IMG/VR virus record: IMGVR_UViG_651703002_000001
Location: 1-64,000 of that record
DNA length: 64,000 nucleotides
Reading direction: 5' to 3' (one strand)
Origin: a virus
Lineage: Duplodnaviria > Caudoviricetes
Every line of letters begins with the position of its first letter. The first letter of the stretch is position 1. The notes below the pieces were generated by a model that did not search any database, had not been told where the DNA came from, and worked only from the letters and a program-made list of their open reading frames with translations. Both the position numbers and the translations under genes were made by a program. Shown here piece by piece: positions 9,308-19,272 of this stretch.

Positions 9308-10870
9308 TTAGTCCCAAGGGATATCATCGTCATTATCTTCTGGGATATCGAAATCGATCTTAATATCCACATTAGTCATAGCACGTTTAAACAATACATT
9401 ACCAAGTGGTTTTGTATCAATAATATCCTCAATCTCTGGATCCAATGCCACAGGGACCGAAGTGGAAGTATCACCCGTGCGAACTACAATTGAATCAGCT
9501 TTGATATCCGAACGTTCTTCAAGATCCTTTCTCTCAAATACAACGGTATAAGGAGTTGTTTCATCAAGATCTGACCAACGCATTTTAGACTTCTCAACCA
9601 CCATACAAAACTTGTTGTATGTATTGATATCACCATAGCGAGATTTTAGTTGTTTAAACAACTGTTGACCCATCCCAATAAGATCTTCATCTTCGGAAAT
9701 TGCTAGAACAAAATCACAACCATGGAGAAGCGCATATGAATCTGCGATATCAGCTTTATCAATCTCAAGACTATCAGACGAACCTCTATTAGTTTGAGCG
9801 CCAGACCAAGCAACTAGTTTTTTCTCAATTGCCAATCCACGAACTTCTTCTGAAATTGCTTTGATGAAAGCGTATGAATTATCTGAAAACTTCATGCGTG
9901 ATGAAGCCATGATACCAAGATAATCCACCATAATGATATCGGGTTTAAACCCCTTTTTCATTTCAAGTTCGTCAATCAAGTTTCTGATGTGGTTTACGTT
10001 AGCACCAGACGTTGGGAACTGTTTTACATATAGTTTACCAAGGGATTTACCAATAACCTTTTTGTTAAACCGGTTCATAAACTCAGTTTTTTGGATCAGT
10101 CCACTGTCAAGATCATCAAGTGTAAGATCCATCAAGTTCGCGTCTATGCGCTTACCTACGGTTTCTTCACTCATTTCAAAAGAGACGTAAAGAACGTTTA
10201 ATCCAAGTTGCATATACTCGGTCGCAAGGTGACATAAACCGATTGATTTACCTACGCCTGTTCCTGCAAGAATTACGTTCAAAGTACCAATTTCAACGCC
10301 ACCCTTGGTGATCCTATTCAACATATGATTCAAGAAAGGGATCTTGTTGGTCTTCTGATTATACGCTTCCCAACGGTCCTCGGCTTGTCCCATATAATCA
10401 TGACCGATATCGAAAGTAAAGCCAACAGACATGGCTTTTTTCATAATATCCTGCATCGCCCCAAGATCTTTAATCTTAGGGTCTTGTTCGTCTAGTGGCT
10501 TAGAGAAATTTTCACGGATCTGGATACACTCTGATAAAGCAATATCGATTGCACGTTCTTTACAGAACCGTTCAGTTTCTTCAATTAGCCAGTTTTTATC
10601 TTCTGGGGCTTGCTCTATACGACTTATAAGAATTTTGGTCTGGTCATATTCAACCTGACTCATATTTTGTTTACGCTCAACCATAACACTCAAAGCAGCC
10701 ACACTAGGGGCTTTGTTATGTTTTTTTGCATGTTCTCGGATCATATCAAAGGCGATTCGATATGGACCTTTAGAAAAATAGGACGATTCTAGGAAAGGAT
10801 ATACCTTTCCAAAATATTCACCGTTGTATATCAGATTATTGATAATAATCTGACTAATATTAATGCTCAT
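9308..10870 (-). CDS. 41: Replicative DNA helicase gp41
   Basis: Walker A AGTGVGKS, VSFEMSE, VDYLGI, AQTNR, LKSRYGD. Confidence 0.96.
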   Translation of the reverse strand: MSINISQIIINNLIYNGEYFGKVYPFLESSYFSKGPYRIAFDMIREHAKKHNKAPSVAALSVMVERKQNMSQVEYDQTKILISRIEQAPEDKNWLIEETERFCKERAIDIALSECIQIRENFSKPLDEQDPKIKDLGAMQDIMKKAMSVGFTFDIGHDYMGQAEDRWEAYNQKTNKIPFLNHMLNRITKGGVEIGTLNVILAGTGVGKSIGLCHLATEYMQLGLNVLYVSFEMSEETVGKRIDANLMDLTLDDLDSGLIQKTEFMNRFNKKVIGKSLGKLYVKQFPTSGANVNHIRNLIDELEMKKGFKPDIIMVDYLGIMASSRMKFSDNSYAFIKAISEEVRGLAIEKKLVAWSGAQTNRGSSDSLEIDKADIADSYALLHGCDFVLAISEDEDLIGMGQQLFKQLKSRYGDINTYNKFCMVVEKSKMRWSDLDETTPYTVVFERKDLEERSDIKADSIVVRTGDTSTSVPVALDPEIEDIIDTKPLGNVLFKRAMTNVDIKIDFDIPEDNDDDIPWD

Positions 10871-10939
10871 CAAAAACCTCTTAAAAAGAAAAACCCACGA
10901 CCGTATGATAACACATCTCGGGTCGTGGGTAAACTTATA

Positions 10940-11464
10940 TTATATCAATTTCGCGGAAACGTGCATGATATTACCGGGACCTCTATAAGGCTGGTCATTT
11001 TCAGTAATAACATTCATCCAAAAATCCGGTTTAAACTTAGGTGTAAGCTTAACTCGTTTGATCCGTTTAACAGGAACACCATTATATCCAATATAAGAAC
11101 CAGCATAATACGCTTGCGTTTCACGCTGGGGATTGAGTAGAATAGTTTTATGGTTCCAGCAACAAATAAACTTCTCTCCGCTCTCTAGATGAATTTCATA
11201 AACTTCACCGGCATCGAATTTAGGATCATCCCACTCGGTATCATTTAATCCAATAACTTTAACAAATTCACCGTCATTAATACCCGGCAAATAAGTTGGT
11301 TCGGTATAGATTAATTGCAATCGTTCATAAATAGTCTGTTGTATTGGATACATCACACCGGTTGTTTCGTGTGGCTGATACCAAGTGAATACCTGATCGA
11401 AGGGCCAACCATTAACGTCTCTACCTTGCTTGTGATCTACACGACTCATTACTTGATCTACCAT
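10940..11464 (-). CDS. Hypothetical protein between 40 and 41
   Basis: 174-aa ORF with GAGG RBS. Confidence 0.65.
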   Translation of the reverse strand: MVDQVMSRVDHKQGRDVNGWPFDQVFTWYQPHETTGVMYPIQQTIYERLQLIYTEPTYLPGINDGEFVKVIGLNDTEWDDPKFDAGEVYEIHLESGEKFICCWNHKTILLNPQRETQAYYAGSYIGYNGVPVKRIKRVKLTPKFKPDFWMNVITENDQPYRGPGNIMHVSAKLI

Positions 11465-11467
11465 TTG

Positions 11468-11749
11468 TTAACCTCGTTTGAATATAGATAAGAACCTATC
11501 CCATAAAGAAGGTTTGAACTCACCAAGTTGCAATTTTACCATAGAACATACCAGAGGGTAAAGGATTTCTTTCTCGTCTTCGTGTGGAGTAGACCAGTCG
11601 AGTATAAGATTCCCGTTATCATACTGTATGTTATGGATAAACACAAGATATTTTTCACCATTATGTTCAATGATTGCTTCTTGAAGAACGTCCTTTAGTG
11701 CGGAATTGATAACATCTTTATATTTGTTTTCGTTGTACTCTTCTTCCAT
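11468..11749 (-). CDS. 40: gp40 head vertex assembly chaperone
   Basis: QEAII...LVFIHNI...LDWSTP similarity; position between uvsX and 41; late promoter upstream. Confidence 0.8.
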   Translation of the reverse strand: MEEEYNENKYKDVINSALKDVLQEAIIEHNGEKYLVFIHNIQYDNGNLILDWSTPHEDEKEILYPLVCSMVKLQLGEFKPSLWDRFLSIFKRG

Positions 11750-11788
11750 AATTTATCTCGAAGAGTGGGAGTTAAATCCCACTTATAT

Positions 11789-12058
11789 TTAGGGTATGAT
11801 ACTTACCTTGGATGATCTACTAGCGGCAATTACAGGGTAAACATATTCGGAAAAATATTTTTGATCTTGAAATCCATCCTGAACTAGAAGATGACTAAAC
11901 CCCATCCCTTTCAGATCTAGAGGGGTTTTTATTACTTTAAAGTAAGAGAAGTTTTCTAGTTTCAAAGATTTTACATTATTTTTTATAATAGCTTGGTAAT
12001 TTAGAATTTTACCAAGCAGATCTATTTGATATTTTATCTCCCGAAAATATTTTACCAT
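11789..12058 (-). CDS. Hypothetical protein
   Basis: 89-aa ORF with GGA RBS in operon. Confidence 0.45.
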   Translation of the reverse strand: MVKYFREIKYQIDLLGKILNYQAIIKNNVKSLKLENFSYFKVIKTPLDLKGMGFSHLLVQDGFQDQKYFSEYVYPVIAASRSSKVSIIP

Positions 12059-12218
12059 GATTCTGTTCCATTATGAGAGTCGTCTTACCCCTCATAGAAT
12101 TGAAATATCCTTCATATACAGCCAGAGAAGTTGGTGTATCTTCAAAACCCATATGAGTTAGATAATAACCATAATCTTTACTAAAGTCAATAAATAATTT
12201 TATTTGTTCATCGGTCAT
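12009..12218 (-). CDS. Hypothetical protein
   Basis: 69-aa ORF, start overlaps upstream stop. Confidence 0.5.
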   Translation of the reverse strand: MTDEQIKLFIDFSKDYGYYLTHMGFEDTPTSLAVYEGYFNSMRGKTTLIMEQNHGKIFSGDKISNRSAW

Positions 12219-12571
12219 ATACTTACCATTATTTGGTTAGATTCGGTACTTCTAATATTAAATCCATTTTCTCTCAGACGTTTAATCAATGCATTAAAAA
12301 CTGCAAGATCGTTTGCGATTTGTGCCGATTCCGTAATATACGGATGACATATAGATATAATTGAATGTCTAACATCATATATGTTACTGAAATTTGGATT
12401 ATCTACTCCAATTTCAATTTGACCACCACAAACAATCATTTCATTAATTAAAATTGGATATATAAAATCTACTTCGTTTTTATAATCATATTCTTTATGA
12501 CGTTTCACCATAGAAATTAGGTCTTTCGCTTTGGTATCAACGCTAACCATGAAATCTTTCAAGTCCTTCAT
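12215..12571 (-). CDS. Hypothetical protein
   Basis: 118-aa ORF with AAGGA RBS. Confidence 0.65.
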   Translation of the reverse strand: MKDLKDFMVSVDTKAKDLISMVKRHKEYDYKNEVDFIYPILINEMIVCGGQIEIGVDNPNFSNIYDVRHSIISICHPYITESAQIANDLAVFNALIKRLRENGFNIRSTESNQIMVSI

Positions 12572-12619
12572 ATAATTTCCTTTGTGTAAAAGGGGGCTAT
12601 AAAAGCCCCTTCATAATAA

Positions 12620-13726
12620 TTAACCGAAAAGTTGATCGACTTCATCAAACACTTCCTGAGAAACTTCCACAGCTTTCAGTTTATATGCGTTAGAAACTGC
12701 ATCCATGAATGGTTTGTGAGAAAACATAGGTTTCCAGAATTCAAGACTGTCTGACTCTTCTTCGGTCCATTTCTTCTCATCTTCCGGAATAACCATCTCA
12801 CCGGGTTCAAGATCCAAGAAATTGCGCTGGTAACGTGCATTTTGAGGCTTAGTTACAAACCCAAGCTCTTGAGCAATTTTCAAAAGACCGGAATATGTGT
12901 TTATACCACCTTCAAAAGATACCATCAAATCCAGTTTGGATTTTTCTTTGATTGCCCGACTTTTCTCAGCATTCATCACGAAATTATAACCGAGAAGTTC
13001 TTTACCATCTTTGTCTTGCTGTTTACCAAGAATAATTACGGTATCAGCGGAATACATTGGACCAGTACCACCAGACATTACGGTTTTACTGAACATCTCT
13101 TGTGTTTCGTATGTGTGGTTAACTGCGATACATGGAATATCAAGTACGGTCAGATATGGAGTAACCATCCGGAACAGGCTCTTAATCTGCTTCGCTCGGG
13201 TCATATCCTGAGCAGACTTTTCATCCTTCGCATCTTGCAATTCTTTCTTAGATGCAACGTTACCAATAGAATCGATATAGATAATAACTTTATCGCCTCG
13301 GGTAATTGATTCGAGTTTTTTAACAATATCAAACTTCAACTCTTCCACATCAATGAATGGACAATGAACTACACGAGAAATATCAACACCCTGTGATGTG
13401 AAATAATCCGGAGTAGAACCAAATTCATTATCAAAGAATAGACATACAGCCTTTGGATATTTTCTCAAATATGCAGATACCATGACCAGACTGAGGTTAG
13501 ATTTAAAGTGTTTTGAAGGACCAGCAATACAGGTAAGACCCGGAGTGATGCCACCATCTAAGCGACCACTCATCATCAAGTTAATAATCGGTACTCGGGT
13601 TCGGATAGTGTCCTTTTCATTAAAGAAAATACTTTCAGCCAACATAGCACTCATTTTATTAGATGAAGTACCATTCAAACGTTCTAGCAGATCCCCACTA
13701 TTAACAACTTTAGCTTTTTTAGCCAT
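12620..13726 (-). CDS. uvsX: UvsX RecA-like recombinase
   Basis: AGPSKHFKS Walker A, DSIGN, MTRAK, SGGTGPMYSAD. Confidence 0.97.
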   Translation of the reverse strand: MAKKAKVVNSGDLLERLNGTSSNKMSAMLAESIFFNEKDTIRTRVPIINLMMSGRLDGGITPGLTCIAGPSKHFKSNLSLVMVSAYLRKYPKAVCLFFDNEFGSTPDYFTSQGVDISRVVHCPFIDVEELKFDIVKKLESITRGDKVIIYIDSIGNVASKKELQDAKDEKSAQDMTRAKQIKSLFRMVTPYLTVLDIPCIAVNHTYETQEMFSKTVMSGGTGPMYSADTVIILGKQQDKDGKELLGYNFVMNAEKSRAIKEKSKLDLMVSFEGGINTYSGLLKIAQELGFVTKPQNARYQRNFLDLEPGEMVIPEDEKKWTEEESDSLEFWKPMFSHKPFMDAVSNAYKLKAVEVSQEVFDEVDQLFG

Positions 13727-13746
13727 TTTATATTTTTCCTGTTTAA

Positions 13747-14163
13747 TTATTTGAATTCAGATTCAAGAGTTTTATGTAATTTTATTAGATACTTATTATT
13801 TTTAAGTGTTTCGGTTGTAGGTTGTTCTAAATTGAGACGGATGTGGGTAGAATCACAAGTTACAAATATAGGAAAACTACGAACTTTAGTTTCAAATAAA
13901 ATCTTAACTACATCCCTAAGATTATTAGTAGTAATACTAAATGAATCTATTAAATTTTTATCATAATATTTTTCTATCACTTCCCGAAGTGAAATAAGAT
14001 ATTCTTCGGAATAACAATTGGTATCTTTATATTCTCTATTAAACAAATCATTTTTTATTACCAAACAAATCTCATCATTTATATGAGCCTTTATTCTTTT
14101 ATATTGTTTATCTTGAGAAACCAAAATTTCCAGTCGGTCTTTATTACTTTCTTGGTCTAGCAT
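13747..14163 (-). CDS. Hypothetical protein (occupies the T4 gp42/beta-gt slot)
   Basis: ORF with AGAGGA RBS before GTG/ATG at 14166/14163; no thymidylate-synthase-like motifs. Confidence 0.6.
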   Translation of the reverse strand: MLDQESNKDRLEILVSQDKQYKRIKAHINDEICLVIKNDLFNREYKDTNCYSEEYLISLREVIEKYYDKNLIDSFSITTNNLRDVVKILFETKVRSFPIFVTCDSTHIRLNLEQPTTETLKNNKYLIKLHKTLESEFK

Positions 14164-14222
14164 CACGTTTCCTCTTTTAGTATGGGTCATTATACCACGA
14201 AATATAATGACCCATGAACATC

Positions 14223-15395
14223 TTAGAAGTCGAACAAATCTTCAAGAGAAACGGTTTTCTCTTGTTTCCAGCCAATAGCAGTACATATAGTATCTAGAGG
14301 CTTCTGGAAGCTCTTACAATACATCCCCACGTAATCAATGTCCTTCTTCAAGTCCAATCCAAACTCTTCGGGAATCTTATCCCCAGAGGGCCACGCAAGG
14401 GTTTCTGCATGATACACGTTAGGAACTTTCAACATCAGGAATTGAATCTTCTCACCTTGGCGGATCGGATCAACATGTTTACCCTGTGCGCTTAGAGCCG
14501 CAGCAATACGGTTATGGTTTATTGCCGCTTTTACATGCCCCGGACAACCGCTAACCGGTACAAAGTTTTCATGGCTACGGTCGATACTCTTAACACTACT
14601 AACTTGAGCAATCTTCCTATAATCCTGTTTTGAATATCCATCACGAACCGTCTCAACATATTCCTGAAGTTCCGATTCTTTACCAGTCAAAATAATCTCA
14701 ATACATTTCTCAAGACTAACTGACGCATGTGGCGGCGTACTACTCCTACGAGTTTCGATACCCATTATTTTGAGCTTAGGAACTACGTTACCATCTTTAT
14801 CTAGTTTACGTTTACCCTCGTTATCCCAAACCGATAGAGCATAACGTTTTTTCTTAGTCCAGAACCCACGGGTTGCTATTACTTCGCGGTCCATAAACAA
14901 TTTATGGTCGTAATAGTTCATGTAGTTCTTTAGATCTTGATACGACTTGTCGATATAAGGCTCTACGCGCTCTTTAGCGAACTTATCCAACATATCCACC
15001 CATTTGATAGGGGGGATATCATCAACTGCGATACCCTTCTTTTCAGCCATCATCTGAACGAATTTATCGACACAAAGATATTGAGAGTCGGTATCGCAAT
15101 AAATTACATACGGGTGTCCGTTCGTACCACAAAGCTTATCAAAATATGAATTGGTTTCCCGTGCAATCCATTTAATTGCAAGTTGACCACCCATGGTAAT
15201 TGATTCTGCCATTCGAAGGTCATAATAACGCCCGACCGGATGACCCAAAGAACCATAAAGAGAGTTGATCAATACCTTCTTTGCTTGTTGGTTTACGTTA
15301 GATACCTTTTCATACTTCCGACAATTAACAATTAACTGTTCTAATTCGGAGTCTGTCATAGACTCCAATTGTTCATCTGTATAATCCAAATTCAT
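14223..15395 (-). CDS. 43B: DNA polymerase gp43B (C-terminal subunit of split PolB)
   Basis: KVLINSLYG, YCDTDS, KKRYAL, GIETRRSSTP, C-terminal clamp-binding SLEDLFDF. Confidence 0.95.
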   Translation of the reverse strand: MNLDYTDEQLESMTDSELEQLIVNCRKYEKVSNVNQQAKKVLINSLYGSLGHPVGRYYDLRMAESITMGGQLAIKWIARETNSYFDKLCGTNGHPYVIYCDTDSQYLCVDKFVQMMAEKKGIAVDDIPPIKWVDMLDKFAKERVEPYIDKSYQDLKNYMNYYDHKLFMDREVIATRGFWTKKKRYALSVWDNEGKRKLDKDGNVVPKLKIMGIETRRSSTPPHASVSLEKCIEIILTGKESELQEYVETVRDGYSKQDYRKIAQVSSVKSIDRSHENFVPVSGCPGHVKAAINHNRIAAALSAQGKHVDPIRQGEKIQFLMLKVPNVYHAETLAWPSGDKIPEEFGLDLKKDIDYVGMYCKSFQKPLDTICTAIGWKQEKTVSLEDLFDF

Positions 15396-15397
15396 TT

Positions 15398-16921
15398 TTA
15401 TTCCTTATGATGACGCATAGCTAGGATCTTCGCGGCTCGGGTCGCTAGGGCATCCGCTCTAAATTCATCGGTCTTTGCAGCCTTACGCTGTTTAAATACC
15501 TTTTCAACCTCGATAGGAAGGAATCCCCGCATATCGGTCCGATACCGAACACCATTTGCTGCAAATGAATATTTACCTTCATGGGGTACATTATAAGTAC
15601 CATTTACCAAACCAACACCATCGATATCTGGAACCATACGGTCTTTAACCAAGATCCTCGGAATATCTATCTGGTCAACTAAAGTTTCTGGGGAGATATT
15701 TGTTCCCATGATTATATGTGGATACAATGAGGTCAAGTCGAACGAAAGGAGCCATTGATACATCCCCGGAATTGGGTCTTTAACATATGCACCCGCAAAC
15801 TTAGCCCGTTGCGCGTGTTTGTTCTCAGGAATGATAATACCTTGCGCTAAGAGACTGTTATATATGATTGCGTCCCAAGTCTTCAAAGGACTGAAAACGT
15901 CAGCAGCATTTACACCAGCATAATAAGATACAGATGCAATTAGATAAATCAAACTTAGTCGAATCTCAAGGTTTTTGATAATCTCAACGTCTCGAATAGA
16001 GTAATCGATATAAGTCTGAGGATCTTTTGTAGCAAAGTCCAAATATGTCCTATATGTCATTTCAACTTTATTAATGCCTAGTTCGGCTTCAGCGATTGTA
16101 TCTAGCTTATAGTTTGGTCGAGTTGTAAATGTAAATTTCTTATATGCTGCCATGAAGTCAATACAGTTAACGCCAGTGATATCATAGGTAATAACTTCAT
16201 CATCGTTATCATCTTTTGTAATGATTTCATTGACAGTACCGAACGGACTCAGTTTACTGAGGAATTTATCTCCCAATATTTTTTTAATACGTCTGGCAAT
16301 ATACGGAATATCAAACCCTTCTGAGTTCCAACCACTAACATAATGTGGAGTATTTTCTGTGAAGAATTGCAAAAACCGAATAAGGATTTCTTTTTCAGAT
16401 CCGTTTTTATGATATTCAACATGATCCAAAACTTCTTTATCTAGAATCGATTTATTCGGATCCCATTCACGGGTTGTCCAGATAAAGTATTTATTCATCT
16501 TGGTACTATAAATTTGGATAGTATCAATTTCATATGCACAATTTGTGGTGTCTGGGAAAGGTCCATCAGTTGGGACCTCAATATCAAAAAACATAATATC
16601 GAGCATAGAATAATCATATTGAGCATTAGCCCCATACGTATCAGATATATATTGGAAAGTATAGTTATCCATACCCAACACTTCTTTATCCATAGACTGC
16701 ATTTCTTTAAACCATTTTCTGGCTTCACCAATGGAATCAAGCGTCTTAGGTAAGCATTTTCGATCATATATATCTTTGAACTTGGTTTCAATATGATTTC
16801 CAACATGACGATATAGAGTCGGAGAGTATCGAACCTTTCTAATTTTATCGCTACCGTTTTCATCAAAATATCTATCGTAGATGGTGTTTCCATCCATCCA
16901 TACGTTAGTATAAAAACTCAT
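15398..16921 (-). CDS. 43A: DNA polymerase gp43A (N-terminal/exonuclease subunit of split PolB)
   Basis: DIEV, GWNSEGFDIPY, YSIRDV exonuclease motifs; SFDLTSLYP motif A; GGAG RBS before ATG at 16921. Confidence 0.95.
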   Translation of the reverse strand: MSFYTNVWMDGNTIYDRYFDENGSDKIRKVRYSPTLYRHVGNHIETKFKDIYDRKCLPKTLDSIGEARKWFKEMQSMDKEVLGMDNYTFQYISDTYGANAQYDYSMLDIMFFDIEVPTDGPFPDTTNCAYEIDTIQIYSTKMNKYFIWTTREWDPNKSILDKEVLDHVEYHKNGSEKEILIRFLQFFTENTPHYVSGWNSEGFDIPYIARRIKKILGDKFLSKLSPFGTVNEIITKDDNDDEVITYDITGVNCIDFMAAYKKFTFTTRPNYKLDTIAEAELGINKVEMTYRTYLDFATKDPQTYIDYSIRDVEIIKNLEIRLSLIYLIASVSYYAGVNAADVFSPLKTWDAIIYNSLLAQGIIIPENKHAQRAKFAGAYVKDPIPGMYQWLLSFDLTSLYPHIIMGTNISPETLVDQIDIPRILVKDRMVPDIDGVGLVNGTYNVPHEGKYSFAANGVRYRTDMRGFLPIEVEKVFKQRKAAKTDEFRADALATRAAKILAMRHHKE

Positions 16922-16989
16922 TATATTCTCCATACAAAGATGGGGGAGATTATCCCCCATGTGTTATATCATTCTAACAAACAAATGGA

Positions 16990-17361
16990 TTAGCTATGAA
17001 CATTTTTCTTGAAAATGTATTTGCTCTTATGGATCCATTCAGATTTCTCTTTGTGAGAGATAACGTGGAACTCAAATCGGTTAGGTCGTTCCATAGTATC
17101 GATAACAGAACATAGATCCCAATCCTCAAGCAGATACGCGATATCATAACAGCGATCTACATCCTCTTGAGACATAACAACGTCTCTACCGTCTCGCCTC
17201 AAAAGCTCCTTAAAGTGAGCCACATAATAAAATCCATTTTTCTGGATGATATGACAGCTTTGCCAAATATGTTTAGTTTCGCGATTAGCAATACCAATGC
17301 GGGTTAAAGTTTCCCGAACCTTTAAAAAATCTTGTGGGTTATACAAACCAATTCGAATCAT
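16990..17361 (-). CDS. regA: RegA translational repressor
   Basis: DFLKVRETLTRIGIAN...QSCHI...HFKELL; start placed at MIRIGL. Confidence 0.95.
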   Translation of the reverse strand: MIRIGLYNPQDFLKVRETLTRIGIANRETKHIWQSCHIIQKNGFYYVAHFKELLRRDGRDVVMSQEDVDRCYDIAYLLEDWDLCSVIDTMERPNRFEFHVISHKEKSEWIHKSKYIFKKNVHS

Positions 17362-17368
17362 TTTATAT

Positions 17369-17956
17369 TTACCATTTTGTGGCGGTTTTATACAACCGCG
17401 CTTTTTCTGTTTTGCTAATATGCTTAGGAAGAACACTCATAAAAGGACAATCCGGTGACGTTATCAAGCCTCGCATATCTCTTAAAATACGCTTCATCTG
17501 TTCTTCCGTGTGTAAATCATGATATTCAACTGCCTTTTCATAACTAACATTATAATGATGTGCCAGTATATGAGTTATAAAAACAAAGTCCCAATCGTCA
17601 GAGGCTCGGGCATATGCAACATAAGGGAGTTTGCATTTCCGGACAGTGTAATAAAGATAATCATAATGCATCTGATCTGTAATATATCCAGCCCATTGGT
17701 TTAATTCGGACGCATATCCATTCATAGATGCATGTTGAGACAACCAGCTATTAATTGTGTATTGGTCGTAACTCTCAAATACCATTACATTTTTATGACC
17801 GGTTTTCTGAGTTACGTTATTGATTATCTCAAATGTACTTTTATCTTTATCTTTCTTGAATTCTTTACACAATTCCTTGACTTTATTCCAGTCTTTATTA
17901 TCCCATGCTAGTCGATGTTCATTAGGAACTTCTAATCCAAGAAAGTCTAGACTCAT
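17369..17956 (-). CDS. 62: Clamp loader small subunit gp62
   Basis: ITDQMHYDYL motif; position between 44 and regA. Confidence 0.88.
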   Translation of the reverse strand: MSLDFLGLEVPNEHRLAWDNKDWNKVKELCKEFKKDKDKSTFEIINNVTQKTGHKNVMVFESYDQYTINSWLSQHASMNGYASELNQWAGYITDQMHYDYLYYTVRKCKLPYVAYARASDDWDFVFITHILAHHYNVSYEKAVEYHDLHTEEQMKRILRDMRGLITSPDCPFMSVLPKHISKTEKARLYKTATKW

Positions 17957-18933
17957 TTCCAGTTAACCTCACAAGCAAGATCCGACAACATATCCATCAG
18001 GTGAATTTCAATATTCGGAACATCACCAACGGTCTTTTGGTTTTCGGCAAGAATCTTAATCAGCATACGATAAGATTGACCTTTAACTTGGGTAGTTGCA
18101 CGTTCATAAAACGCATTAATAAATGCGGGATAGTTGGTTGAGAAGTTAGGAATAAGACTGCGAATCTCGGGAAGATCTTTATTCTTCATCAACTCAAACA
18201 GTTTTTCCATATCCTTGGTGGATCGCATTGTTGAGGTCAATACACCTTCATCAATATATCCACAGGAACTATATTTATCCATTTCTGTAATTGCAGAACG
18301 GAAGTTAGGGAAGTTTTTAGATACCAGTGCCATCATCGCACGTTTATCCTTCACCTCAATTCCTTCAGCTTCGCATATCGCCATACACCGAACAAACATT
18401 TCCTTCTTCATACGGGTTTCATCGGCTTTGACCAGCTCGGGGGTTTCCTCCACTATGCGACCAAACTCAAACACTCGGAAACGTGATTTAAGAGCCTCTG
18501 GAATCACCTCTGCGTTGTTACATGTCATGATGATAGAGCAGTTATCACTATATGCCTCCATCCATGAGCGCAATTCCTCATGAACAGACCTCATATTGGT
18601 GTTATCGCCTTCATCAATGATGATAACCTTACCACCTTTCTTACGGGTTGAAGTATTTGCAAATTCGGTTAGTTGGGTCCGTAGATCGTTAATACGAAGT
18701 TGACCACCAGTAATAAACATCATTTCAGCGTCAATATCGTTAACCAATGCCATCGCTACAGTGGTTTTACCAGTACCCGGAGATTTGGAACACAAAAGAA
18801 GATGTGGGAACTTACCTTTCTTAACCAACCCATTAAACCGGTCCATATCATGGCGGGGAAGAATACATTCAGAGATTGATTGTGGGCGGTATTTTTGTTC
18901 TAGCATGTGTTGGGTATTATCAACAGACAACAT
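17953..18933 (-). CDS. 44: Clamp loader ATPase subunit gp44
   Basis: EQKYRP, SPGTGKTT, IIDEGD, LKSRF. Confidence 0.95.
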   Translation of the reverse strand: MLSVDNTQHMLEQKYRPQSISECILPRHDMDRFNGLVKKGKFPHLLLCSKSPGTGKTTVAMALVNDIDAEMMFITGGQLRINDLRTQLTEFANTSTRKKGGKVIIIDEGDNTNMRSVHEELRSWMEAYSDNCSIIMTCNNAEVIPEALKSRFRVFEFGRIVEETPELVKADETRMKKEMFVRCMAICEAEGIEVKDKRAMMALVSKNFPNFRSAITEMDKYSSCGYIDEGVLTSTMRSTKDMEKLFELMKNKDLPEIRSLIPNFSTNYPAFINAFYERATTQVKGQSYRMLIKILAENQKTVGDVPNIEIHLMDMLSDLACEVNWK

Positions 18934-18959
18934 ATTTTATATTCCTCAATTGTTTTATA

Positions 18960-19271
18960 TTAATTTTTACGACTTTCAATATATTCATCGTAATTTTCTA
19001 TATGTTCAAACGACAATGAGCAGTTATCATATTCTTCATTGAAGTCTACATAACCGGACCATTTACCATTAACATATAAGCAATATTCTACTACAGGAGC
19101 GCACCAAGTAATATCTATGTATTTCTCAGGAACTCCCGACCGGTCAGATATTATTTTTCTAATTCGATTTATATTGGCGATTGGTTCAGGACCGGATTCG
19201 TCCCAAAAATAATCATCACAATCGCCACTCTCGAAATAGAAATTATCTATTTGCTCAAGAGATAATTTCAT
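18960..19271 (-). CDS. Hypothetical protein inserted between 45 and 44
   Basis: 103-aa ORF in operon. Confidence 0.6.
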   Translation of the reverse strand: MKLSLEQIDNFYFESGDCDDYFWDESGPEPIANINRIRKIISDRSGVPEKYIDITWCAPVVEYCLYVNGKWSGYVDFNEEYDNCSLSFEHIENYDEYIESRKN

Positions 19272-19272
19272 A

